DNA of 64,000 nt from Antedon mediterranea. Its lineage: Eukaryota > Animalia > Echinodermata. Shown piece by piece: positions 1 to 12,690 of this stretch (positions are counted from its first letter, which is position 1; each line of letters starts with the position of its first letter). The DNA lies in assembly GCF_964355755.1 (NCBI RefSeq), contig NC_092677.1, forward strand, positions 5,354,101 through 5,418,100, in the 5' to 3' direction. The notes below the pieces were generated by a model. That model had not been told where the DNA came from and ran no database searches. It was given only the letters and a program-made list of their open reading frames with translations. A program made the position numbers and the translations under genes.

Positions 1-414
1 ATGGTTTGAATGCATGTTAACGAACAAAAAATTGTTCTTGCGTACGTACTGTATTTCAGCTCAAAAGTTGCGGTTCTTCAATTTGTTTTGCTTGATCAAT
101 CAAAAATGGGTGCATCACAGAACATAAAATGCAGTTTGTGACCTTAAATTAGATCGAAAAAACGTAGGGAATGTGTCTTTAAAAATGTTTTTTTTTATTA
201 GGTCCATTGTACTATGATTCTTTGTCTTCTATCATTTCCTTTTTACTTGTTGTTTTTTCTTTTATTTTTTTACTTTTGTTCATATCATTTTTTCATTTCT
301 TTACTTTTATTTTAAAATGTTTGATGAGTAGATCAGAAGTTTCATACAGAGAAAAAAAAAATTAAAAAAAGACGTGTCTATAATAGCAGTAAAAAAGATT
401 AATATTACAATAAA

Positions 415-1290
415 TTAATAAAGTCTATCCCATTGTTTCTCAAAATCATATGATTCTCCATTTTGCCTTGAAATATACCTTAACATCATTAAATAATTTC
501 GTAAATAAATATTTAAAGCCTTAATACATGGCAGAGTTTTACCAATTCTACATTTATAAATTAAATACTTTGTAAGAATAATAATTGTAATAACAGAAAA
601 ACATTGTGAAATATCTCCAAACAAAATCGAATCAATTGTAAAAGTTATTTTTTTAAAGGAAATACTAATTTTTTGTTCTATATTTGACCATAGTGGTTTT
701 ACATATTTGCAGCTTACAAACAGATGAGGAAGTGTTTCAAGTACAATGTCACAGAAAGTACATGCTTCATTTTGTCGAATACCAAATCTTGTCAAAAAAA
801 CATTTGTTGCAATTATTCTATTATTTTTCTATATTGGAACCATTGTAGGTTTGTTTGTCTGACACATTTAAAAGGAAGTTTGTACATTTGTTTCAGTTCA
901 TCTGTTTTAATGACATTAATTTTCTCTTCCAATTTTCTCATACTTTTCGGTCTGACAAAAACATTTTCTTTAAATTTGTTGTAAAAAGCTTTACACCCTG
1001 TTGGATTTTTAATAAAAATATCTAAATGAAAAGGAATTATTGGTGTTTGCAGTTTAGTCAAATTACTTATATTGTAACTATGTTTTATTGAATTAATTAT
1101 ACCTTGGTACAGTAAAAAATTATATTGAATATTATAATGTTTTCTGAAATGTTCCCAAGACATAAAAGAATTTTTTTCTGAACGTAATACATCGTTGATA
1201 TAAACTATTCCCCTTTCATACCAATTTTTTAAAAACACTGGCCTTGGCAACTTTTATTTCGTTATTTCCCCACAAAAATATTCTTGGGTA
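415..1290 (-). mobile_element. 3' fragment of an L1/Tx1-like non-LTR retrotransposon ORF2 (zf-RVT region), frameshifted, in an intron of B0
   Basis: ORFs 813-1250 and 415-795 read ...LQWFQYR...CTFC...ETLPHLFVSC..., typical of the C-terminal CCHC region of L1/Tx1 ORF2; broken reading frame. Confidence 0.8.
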
Positions 1291-1463
1291 GTAGATGGAT
1301 GTTGTTGGATGCATTATAGCCTATGTTTTATAGAAATATATATAGAAATTATCTTACACATTTTTCTTTGTATATGAACGTTGTAAAACAATACATTTTG
1401 CTATTTCATAAAATGAGGTGAACTTTTGTTTAAAGGATTATTGTTTCTCTGTTGTTTTTATAG

Positions 1464-4400
1464 ATGCTCTCAAATTGGAGATTACAGATGCTACTACATA
1501 TGGGGGAAGAGATGTTAAAATGGTCTTAAACATAACATATGTTGATGATTCAGTTGAAATATCCAATATCGAGTGGTATAAGCAAGGTGACGATGGAGAA
1601 AAAGTCCTGTTGACAACACCGTCAGAGAAGTATGAATATGAAAATGAGGACAAGTACAATGGATATCTTAAAATAAAAAATGTCCAGTTTTGTGATAGAG
1701 CAGAATACATATGTAAAGTTCATGTTAAAGGAAGACCAAGAATATATGAATGTTCTGGAAGTTTAACAACTAAAAGTAAATAAACCATCCTTGAAATGGG
1801 TGTCATGTAAACTCAGATTTTAGTTTCATTAAAAAAATAATTTGTTCTAATCAGAGGGATTTCAAAAAGACTGTATCTTTTTATAAATATTTCATTAAAT
1901 ATATTATTACTGTGATAATATAATAATTTTAGTTTAGATACTCTAAAGTAATAGTATTCCACATAACCTACCCTCTGATTATAGAGCAATCCATTTTAGT
2001 TATATGAGTTTTTTAATAGCAGGATGAAACTAGAATCCTTAACCTTGAAATCTGACTTTTCTAGATCTAGAAAAGTCAGATTTCTGCAAACTATATATGA
2101 GATCTGAGTTTTCTAGACACCCATTTGAAAGATTTTATTTCAGTCAAATCTAAAGTGAGTAAGTATGTAACATGATTCATTGAATAGGAACGTTCTGACA
2201 GTTCAAGGTAATAATCCATTACATTCATTAATGAATCGTATTCATGATTTTTATGTTTGGCCATGTAGAGGCTCTTTAGTTTGTGTCATTATATACTTTG
2301 TATTTAGCCTACTTCTCATTATTTACTAGAAATGTACAACCAGAATACTGATTGAGAGTCAATTGCAAAATAATAACATAATTAATAAAAGTTCAATTTA
2401 AAAAAAATGCAGGGTGCCTCTAAGCACTAAACAATCAACAGAAAAGAACAAAGATTTTGAGGAAAATTAAAAAGGTGGGATTTAAAAAGTTTTTTTTAAA
2501 GTGGTGAGAGATTCAGCTTTCCAGATTGATGGGCGTTCCAAAGAAAACCAGCTGACCAGGAAAAGGCACATTGTCCATAATATTTTGTTGACGGCTGTGT
2601 AGATATAGGCCTGAGTAAAGCCTCTGATGATCACCTCAGTTTTTGTTTTTTTTGTGTTATAGCATATGTAAGTAGTGGCACCGTAGCTTCATTGCTTAAT
2701 ACTTTGAAAGTAATGTATAATATGGTTCATATAATTCATTTTGCAAAAAAAAAACAATGTGAATCAATTATTGTCTTTGTTTTGTTTCTATAGATGGTTT
2801 GGAAATGAATATTCCTGATGTTACTGTTACTGAATTTGCAAGTCATGCTAAGTTATTGCTAAACCTAAAAATTGACAAGTCCGCTAAAATTATCAAAGTC
2901 GAGTGGGATAAGTTTCGTGAAAATGGAATGCCTATCCCGCTGATAGCATGGCCTTCACCTAATCAAAAGTCAGATTATGAATGTGGATTTGAGGATTATG
3001 ATAATAGCAAGATATATCTTAGGTTCAGAAATGTTATATCTAGAGATGCAGGAAAATATTTATGTGAAGTGAAACTTGAAAACAATCTGGATGTATCCAT
3101 TTGTCATGGAACATTAACAGTTCAAGGTAATTATAAAAAGATTTAAATAATATAGTAATTATTGCACAGTACTGTCGTAGTATAGTAAAAATTGCATTAA
3201 TTATTGCAAACAAAAATGAACTATCAAACATAATGTTATGTGCAAAGTTGTTATTTAACAGACGATTAGGTGTAAAAGGTGTCTTATCTAGTCACCTAAT
3301 TTATAGGTTCCATAAAGTGTGTATGTACACAGAATTAAATTTATTTGAGCATATTCTGTGCTAAAAATTTAAACATTTTGTTTGTTAATTAGTTTCAAGT
3401 AGATTTGGATGATAAAAGGAACGCTAGTCAATCAAACCAAGTCTCAGTACCCTTTTGATTTTACAAACATTTGGAAAATTATTTGGTGTATTATTTTCTG
3501 TGGAAATAAACATAGGATAAAATAATACATTTTGCTAAAAATCATAAAATGAGGTGATGAACTTTTGTTTTATTTTTTATTTATTGATGAGTAGGTAAGA
3601 ATTTGTTGGATGCATTATAGCCTATGTTTTATAGAAATATATATATAGAAATTACCTTACACATTTTTCTTTGTATATGAACGTTGTAAAACAATACATT
3701 TTGCTATGTCATAAATTGAGGTGAACTTTTGTTTTAAAAGATTATTGTTTCTCTGTTGTTTTTATAGATGCTCTCAAATTAGAAATCAAAGATACTACTG
3801 TCGATGAGCGAGGCGATGCTAAATTGCTCTTAAACATAACATATGTTGATAATTCAGTTAAAATATCCAATACTGAGTGGTATAAGCAAGGTGAAGAAAA
3901 GATGTTGACATCAACAGGATCGAAATCAAAGAAATATAAATGTGGAAATAAGGATAAGTACAATGGATATCTTAACATAGACGATGTTCAGTTTACAGAT
4001 GGAGGAACATACATATGTAAAGTTAAAGTTAAAGTTAAATTTAATGATGAAGAAAGAACATATGAATGTTCTGGAAATTTAAAAGTTCAAGGTAATAATA
4101 ATAATAATCTCTTTATTGTCAACAAACAAAAATAATTTACAAATGGTGATACGGTATAGCCATCCTTTTATTTCAGTCAAAACTAAAGTGGCTAATTACT
4201 GTACTGTACGAAATGAAATGATAAATCATATTCATGATTTTTATGTTTGGCTCTCTGATCTGTGTCAATATATACTTTGTATATTTACTATTAGCCAACT
4301 TCTCATTATTTACTAGAAATATACAACCAAAATATCTTTTGAGAGTCAATGGCAAATTAATTATTTAAATGAATTTCATAATAATTGGTTTTCTTACATT

Positions 4401-4988
4401 AATTGATCTGTACTATTCAAATTTCCTAAGATCTAGTTTTTGTAATTCTAGATTTTAAAAATGTATCTGTGATTTTGAAATAACGTGCAGATATGGACCA
4501 GCAGAAAGATTAAATGCATCATTAAGATGTGTGTTGTGATTTGTAATGAGCCTAATTATTATATGTATAATTTGTATATATAGTAATGAAAAACAATGTT
4601 GATGTGCAAATTATAATTAGGTGTGCATTTTCCACTCATTTCTTCCCCCAGTCCTCTGGCACACCTCTCACCAAAGCCACCAGCAGTTATTTTTTTATGA
4701 TAAAAAGAAAAGGGATGTTTAAACATAACTGTTCTAAAATTGTCTTTGTTTTTTTGCTGTTGAAGGTTGTAAATTCTGTTTATGAACAATAATATTTTGT
4801 GTCCTTACCTGTTAATGTTAACATGCATGATGAATCTAAATGAAATTCTTTAGATCATTTTGAATAGAAATCATCCATACTTTTCTTGTTTTACATTCAA
4901 AACTCAACAATTATTTTTTCTTTTCTCTTTTTTATTTCTACCAGGTACATCTATATTTGGCGAAGATGAAATAAGGCAAATAATATAA
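1464..4988 (+). CDS. 3' end of B-type Ig gene B0: three atypical Ig exons (1464-1775, 2794-3126, 3768-4091) and a terminal exon 4945-4988 (GTSIFGEDEIRQII*); 5' part lies outside the window
   Basis: ag/gt boundaries, all phase 1; W in C strand, D-x-(G/A)-x-Y-x-C in F strand, C-(S/H)-G-x-L in G strand; no TM exon found after them; paralogous to exons at 19398-29289. Confidence 0.72.
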
Positions 4989-7419
4989 TAATAGTATACG
5001 GCAGAGTGTCATCATTATTGTCTGAATATAGTTCAACTCTTCTCTGACAAGAGAGGTCAATGCACATTTCCCTTACAGTTACAAACAGTTACAACTATCA
5101 AACATACAGTAGTACATTGTTTGAGATGAGTTGAGGTTTGGTACTCTGTCTCTGTGGAGTGTCGTTAGAAAATAGGTGACTGTATATGGCTGTCAAGAGG
5201 AAAAGAATGTTATTGAAAAGTTGTTCCATTGCGATAACATTGAGCTTTAAAATATCTTTTTAATATCACATTAAGTGTAGTAGTCAGAAATTGTGTGTAC
5301 GCTTGTATTTTAGTCAATCTGATGATTGAAACGGCACCTATAAATAATGTAATAGTATAATGTAACAAGAAGCAAGAATAATAATAATTATTATAATTAT
5401 GCAATAATAATTTTAAATTCAAAAGTAAAATAAAGGGGGTCATTGATTTTTATCCAAAACCACAACTCTTTAATAAATAATTTACTTAAAATGTCAATAC
5501 AATTTTAATTTTACTGATTTACATATATGCTCTATGAAAGAAAAAAAAGTAAGTGTACAGTAGATATGTAGGAATAAGGAATTTAGTTCACTCAGTGTGT
5601 AGTTAAGGAAGTTATTTAGAATAAATTTAATTTGTTTATGATAAAAGAAAAATAATTGTGAGACAAAATCTGCAATATTATTCCAGTGGGCCAAAAATGT
5701 TATAATTATAACTTTACAAGGTCACACACTAGAACGGATCTAACGGCAGTATACTGCTATTTATGGTCATGCATTATTCACAATTAGTATTTAGTATTTG
5801 AAATAATTATAGGCCTTGGCTACATCATACCATTAATATACCATAATAACAGTGAAACCTACAAAGTGTTATTACCGGGTGGTCTGTAATTGAATTGTCG
5901 GCTTAGGCCTATAGGCCTACATGTAATATTTTGTTATTCTTAACACCTTGGGAAACAATGTTTACGAATTGCGTTTTTAACATCTTTTATTGCTTTTTAC
6001 GATTCGCGGCTCTACACAATTTGAAGTACATTATTTCGTTAAAAAAAAAATAACGAGTTGCGTTTTTGTTGATTTGTTCGTTTTAATTTTACGATTTGCG
6101 ACTCTATACCAGCAACAAACGTTTTACATTCTGATAGAAATCGTGACACTGGTTTGGGACGTTGTAGTATTGATTTCTAATGTTTATAGTTTTATTTCTA
6201 TACCATTTTTCAATTTTGCAGTTTTTAAATTACACTACAAGTAATTTGGCTTTACTTTAACCCGCAGTTTGTAATGGTTTGGAATTTTTCATTTTTTTTT
6301 CTTTTCAGTATATTTAACACCACTGGCGCCAAACATAAATTTTAAAAGGCCCAGGTAATATTCTGAAAATTAATTATATAATATACATATATTTCTTTAT
6401 ATATTACTTTATTATCTTCTTAATTACAATTCATCATCAAAATAATGTTGTTTTTAATGGAAACAAACAACTCAACTACATTTGGATTATAGACTTTTGC
6501 ACATTACTTGTATTTTCTTTAGTAACTATCTTTTTTTCTATTTTAAAATTTAAAGTTTGCATCATTTACTTCATTTTACTTAATAATAAGTAATCACATA
6601 CAGTTATTTTATTAATCAATTTACACTGCTGAAACCCCGATATTGTTTACCGTTGTATCTAGGCCTAGTCGAATGTTATCGTGTGAGACAAACGCATACC
6701 GATAATATGTGTTTTCGGTTGTTTGCAAAATGCTTTTATTAACATCAAACTTTGTACAGAAACTACACAGAGCAAGCTTCTATCTGCTTTTTTACCAAAG
6801 GTACGGGTAATACAAATATTTTTCTAAAGCTTCTGAGAGTGGGAAGTATTGAAATACAATTAAAAATACAACCATTATTGTTATCTTACCTTGTATATCA
6901 AAATACAATTTGTCTCGGGAAGCATTTCCCATCATTAGGGTTAAAAGCTAATTACAAGGTGCGTTATACTAATTTGCACCGGTACTTAAATGAAGTTATT
7001 ATTTAACTAATACGTTTTCAGTGTGACTTTCTATTACTACTTTCTATTATCTTGCATAACAATTTTCTAAACTTTTGCAATAAGCAAATGTTTATTTTAA
7101 AAAGTATAAATAATGCAGTTATAACTATCGTATAATAATAATGTTAGAATGTATTATGTACTGTGCATTATTACATTATCTATCTATCTACTTCTTCCTG
7201 GATTCTTATTTAAAAACTACGTTGTTTGTATATCCTACATCAATATGTATTAAGTTTTAATACCAAGTGCATTTTTCATTTCATTTCAAAACATATACAA
7301 AACGACAAGACAACTAAAAAAAAAAGTAAGCAAGCAAGTGCATAATTTATCTGACTAATTTCACTAATCATGTTTAGGTCTGTATACTATTAACATTAAA
7401 CACAATTATTCAGGATTTT

Positions 7420-10400
7420 TTAGTCATAGAACTGTCCACAATAATGTGCTTCTGTAACCTTTCCTTTGTTTAACGTACTAGTAACAACATGAGGTTCTTC
7501 GTAAAGCACCTCAGCATTTTGACATTGTATCTCAATTTCTTCTCTTTCCTAAAAAACAATAGTTAATTGATTATTATCACCAAATGTGAGCAAAACTGAA
7601 TGTTTTTAGTTTAATTCAAATCAATACATGTGGCATGTGATAGACAAAAATGGTTAATGATTATTCATTTTTGTACCGTCGCCGTACTGAATAAAAACAT
7701 TTTTAATTATAAAATTACCCAGAACAATAATTAATAATTGTAGACCTACAATTGAGTTATTTTACTTATGAATTTGGGGATTGCTGCATGAGCCTATGGA
7801 TAATCGCTGATTTTGTTTTGTTCACTGATTTTTGTGATCGATTTTTTTTTATTTCTTTTAAAATTGTAAGAAATGTTGACTGTTAGTAAACTATTTTCTA
7901 TTATGTTGTTTTGTTGCTGTTCATGTTTTCAAAACTTCATCAATCATTCCACAATGTACATCATTTGTTAGTATATTAAAACATATTACGTTACCATTGG
8001 GATTGGCCTGTATGTATTTTGTCTTGACTTAGGGTCTACCATATGGCCTAGTGTGTTGAGCTCATTGGAAACTCCAGAATGGGATGGAAATGTGAGTTCT
8101 TGATATTGAAGATTTTGACAATTTGACCTGATTTCCCTTAATCGTCTTTGCTAAAAAAAAAAATTATAGGAGTAAACCAAATGAAACATCTAACATAATA
8201 TTTACTGTGTGAGTAGCTGATTCCCGGTGCTGTATATCCACATACTATAATATTTGCCCAGTATCATAGAAGCTTTGGTGATACAGCGTATCTTTTGTAG
8301 CACATGGTGCTATTTTATGTAAGGTTGGTTAAAAATTATGTTATAGTATATGTTACTAGGAGATAATGTGAAGAACATTTGATGTTTTATTACCAAATAT
8401 TCATATGATTATGGAGAAATCCAGATACTCTTTGAGAATCGGTTGTGTTAGTGAATTCTTGTTAGTATTTTATTGAATGAATCTTCTGACATACTCAAAA
8501 CAAAAATACTCACATAAATATAACGTGAAGTTAACCAAGTAGGAACAGAACCAAGAATTAATGCAATGATGATAGCTACAGTTAGAACTGTACTATCTAT
8601 TGGAAACAAACCATCTAGAAAAGAAGTTGTATATAAATTATTAATAGGCTACCATCCAGATAAAAAAATTATGTTGCAATATGTTCTAGCATTGCAGGAC
8701 TAGAATACAGTTAACGTTTATGATCGTGTTGTTACTCAAATGTAATGTTTATTTTAATACTAACGGCATTTCAAAACGTGCAAAAATTATTAGTAACGTT
8801 GATTATGTGGCTTAGTAAGCAAGAAGTCATATCTAATCCACAAAAATGCAAGGTGTAATAATGATTATAACATTATAAATTTTTCAATTAAATAGTGCGG
8901 CATATTATGTGGATCGTGAGAAAAAATAATGACATGGCCTTACCTTTCAAATTACCTGTAGGCGTATCTGAAGGCCTACCTATAGGCCTATCTGTAGGCA
9001 AAGCTTTAGGCTTACAGTTCTTTAGTGTTGTTGTGTCATTAAGTTTTCCATTCTCTACATAACATGTTATATTTGATTGACATATCTCATCATTAATTTC
9101 TATAGTTGCTGTATTTTCTCCTTTCTTAACCATTTCTCCATCTTGTAATATCAATACTGATGATGGCTTGGGATGGCCCTCTGCTGTACAGGTTGCAAAA
9201 CAATCTTCAGGATTGAATGTTGCGATAATATCTGGAAAATTAGAGAATTAGAGAGAGAATTGATATAGACCTGGCGGCAAACCAGTCGCTCCATTCATGT
9301 TCACGTTATTTTTCAATTGGCTATCGATAGTTCATATTGTATTTAAAACGTTTCCTGAATTTGTGATGTGTTTTTATGATGAAAAAATAAATATTGGTGA
9401 AAAAGAAAGATTATATTATAGATTGAGAAAAGTATCATCAACTGCTAACAATGTACCACGTGATATGAAAAAGTTGATTTTTACATACAATATATATTTA
9501 ACTGGTTTTCGGCACTAGTTTTGCCATTATCTCCTTCAAACTGATCACTTTCTGCTTTACATGTATATCGTCCACTGTCGTCTGCAGTGGCTTCTTCAAT
9601 CTTAAGAACATATTTAGAATTGTCGTTGATTATCTTCTGTCCATCTTTATACCAAGTGATGTAAGGAGTTGGATCTCCACCATGATTACTACAAGTAAAT
9701 GTGATTGTTTCTCCTTCGTAGATAGTGCCTGTTGAGGCATGAAGAAGTGGTTGATCCAAAACTAAAAAAAGGGAAAACAAATCAACAAAAACACTAGACT
9801 AACACACATAAGACAATTTACAAAATGAATAACAGAAAGAAATGTAGGTCTATGCAGGTTTTTCTACATTCATAACCGTTTTTAGTGCCTACTTTAGCTA
9901 TAAAAAAACTGTTTTACGAATACTCACAATATACAGTTAATATAGATACATTTGATAAAATATGTAATCCATCTGCGGTTTGTATCTGGCATCTAAATCT
10001 TCTATGAGAATCGTTTCTCAGAGGCTGTAAGATCACCAGGCTAGCTTTACCAGGAGCAGTGTGTAACCGGAAACGTCCATTATCCATCTTTTTATTATTC
10101 ACAATTCCCGGGTTAATATTTACTCCATCTTCACTTAGTTCATCCCATTGTATTGTTTCAGGCGTAGATGTAACTTGTAAATAGTCACAAGTTATCACCA
10201 CTTCAGCATCGCCTTCTTTTGTTGTCTGGTTATAAGTCGTCACCAATTGACTATGGGCTTTTAAATTAGGAACATTAGAGTTATTAAAACATAACCACAG
10301 TTTGTTTTCAAACCACTGAATTGATGATAATCAAATCAAGTCATAACGTACTTTTACAGTACAAGTATCAGTATACTGTAGAATCGGACCCAATGAACTA

Positions 10401-10546
10401 TACTAAGTAAATAATGATAATATGCCTTTGAGTAACCGGTAAGTGCATTAACATTGTTTTATTAACATTTAATATCAATTCAATAAACTCTTACCGACTA
10501 AAAAGTGTAGACATTGAATAAATAGGAGTATCACCTTCAAACCCAT
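7420..10546 (-). CDS. A-type Ig receptor A1 (~442 aa): SP 10495-10546, V 9928-10257, I-set 9489-9761, short Ig/stalk 8944-9231, TM 8514-8614, cytoplasmic 7995-8150 and 7420-7548
   Basis: Signal MGLKVILLFIQCLHFLV; phases join in frame (1329 nt); TM STVLTVAIIIALILGSVPTWL; tail has LQYQEL, VLYEEP, HYCGQFYD*; exon-for-exon homology with A2. Confidence 0.82.
7752..7854 (-). pseudogene. Degenerate counterpart of A2's second cytoplasmic exon inside A1
   Basis: 3' end ataagtaaaataactcaatt|gtagg matches A2 agaagtaaggataactcaatt|gtagg with a 1-nt deletion; stops in the homologous frame. Confidence 0.5.
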
Positions 10547-10859
10547 ACCTAACTGATGAGAAAATATTTATACTATATTAATGTTTTTGTCGATAATGAT
10601 ACCGTCATGAACCATTAGGAATTACGAACTAAACTAAAAGTAAAGGACGTCTATTTCAAATTAGTTGTTATCGAGACATTTTATCAAGCTAATAACAAAA
10701 ATCCATATTGTTTTTCCGATTTATGACTTATGACTTTACCGATATTTTAATTTATGCTATACCACAATCATCTTCTTCGTTTATGAACATTTTATAGTAA
10801 TTTCTATTCATTACTTTAATAGGCCTATCATTCAATTATTCTAAATTAACAATTAATAC

Positions 10860-10939
10860 TTACGCTACCTTTATCGCATCTGAAATAAATAAATAAAATG
10901 TTGACAATATATGTTATTTTATATGTAATTTCCTGTCAA
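10860..10939 (-). promoter_or_regulatory. Putative A1 core promoter: ETS-like core (ACAGGAAAT), TATAAAA, then a non-coding exon donor
   Basis: + strand atttcctgtcaa 10928-10939 and ttttata 10917-10923; donor gtaagt near 10863; same arrangement and spacing upstream of A2. Confidence 0.45.
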
Positions 10940-11799
10940 CAATCAGATGTACTTTCAACTTTTTTGTTTCATTTTCGATAGATTTCAACGACAGTTTAAA
11001 TCAGCACAGATATTGATGTAAACTGATGATTGATTTATATCGGTATCGACGTACCTCTCTATTGATTCACAAACAATTGTCTAATGAAATTTGTTTAGGC
11101 CTACATTTTTTATTATTTTTATTTTTGGTCACAAAGATTTACATTTCTTATTTTTAGACCCTACTTTTACTTTAGAGTTTTTCCTTCCGTTATAATAGTA
11201 AAGTGAGAGTAATAAATATACAAAATAACTATTAAATCATGGAGGTATAAAAATAGTTACCTCCTCATGATTAAATCTACATTTCCATACCGAATGCCGT
11301 TAAATTAAAACTGTTCGATTCGATGCATTGTCGAAATTTTCTCACACCGATGTCAACTACTTCATCTATTTATAAACCACTACTTATTGATTTTAAATGT
11401 TTATTTTCTTATGTTTAACTTCATACTTAAATTTTTTAATTTTTACAAATGCTAAGTTTGGTTTATTTTAGGCCTTTCATATTAATTATTTTATCACAAC
11501 ACTTCAGTTATGGAGGTTTCTTCTTAAACATTTATATTCATTATAACTCTTATAATAATAATAATGAATAAATATACTTATATACAGTAGGCCTATACTC
11601 CATCAAAAGTTAAGTGTTGTACTTTTTCACTTTTGTATAATTCATTTCCTTTCCTTTTTTTTCTTTCTTTAAACTTATGAACGCACCGTCATAAAACGTG
11701 TGCCGCTGTTCTAAAAGCGTCTGTTCAATAAAGTTATTATTCTTATTATTATGGCACTTCGGGCGTTCCATACTAATTTATTTTCATTCTGGAAAAAGG

Positions 11800-12250
11800 G
11801 CGTAGCCTAGGCCTATTCAGTTCTCTTCCTCTTCCTTCAATTCAAGCCCTCTTCTTTTGCGCAGGTACGGTAGTCTAATTAGGCTAGGCCTAGGCCCAAG
11901 TCTAGGCGTTTAAAAAAAACAGTTTGTGTTTAATTTTCATATGAGAGTGAAGTAAATAGGCTGTCGGCCAATGTTTAAGTAGCCTAAATAAAGGCCGGCC
12001 GGCCGCCTAGGGCGTCCTAAGGGCCTAGCTAGCCTAGGCCTAATACTATCTACTAAACTATCTATTACAAGCCTAGGCAGGCTATATGTATGGCTTTGAA
12101 TCAAGCCAGCGTACTATCTAGGCCTAGTCTAGTAAAACTAAAGTAAAATATTTTGTATTACTGGTTGGGGATAATTAAAAGAAAGGTAACCACAAACTTT
12201 ACTAGCCTAGGCTAGTACTAGTAGGGCTAGCCTAGGCCTAGGGCCTAAAT
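11800..12250. repeat. TAGGCCTA/CTAGGC-rich low-complexity island between the divergent A1 and B1 starts
   Basis: Dense palindromic taggccta/gctagc motifs with locally higher GC; similar patches near 52590-52650 and 56090-56135. Confidence 0.5.
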
Positions 12251-12690
12251 AATTAAATATACAACAATAGTCAATACATTAGTTAGTCATTACAGAGCTT
12301 TGGATAAATTTACAGCTAGGCACTAACAACATTTTATCATTAATCTAATCATTTTTAATTTATTATTATTAACCTGAATTGTATAACAACCTGCGAATGT
12401 GATATAAGACAAACAATTATGCCTGTTGATTGAAAAACAACTAAATTCAGTCTTTGAAATTCAATCATATTTCACAAGACTAAAAACATCAGCAAAGGCA
12501 TAGTACTGTAGTTGATAGCCTACACCAGTACCAAGTTGGACCTAGGTCCTAGTGTGATGTTCTTTAATTCCACTATATATAAGTATAGTTATTACTGCAT
12601 ATTATATTTAACAATTTTTCATAATACATACTGTAAATGAATAAATTTTAACAATCATCATTTTTGTTGTTTTATGTTATTTATACAGAG

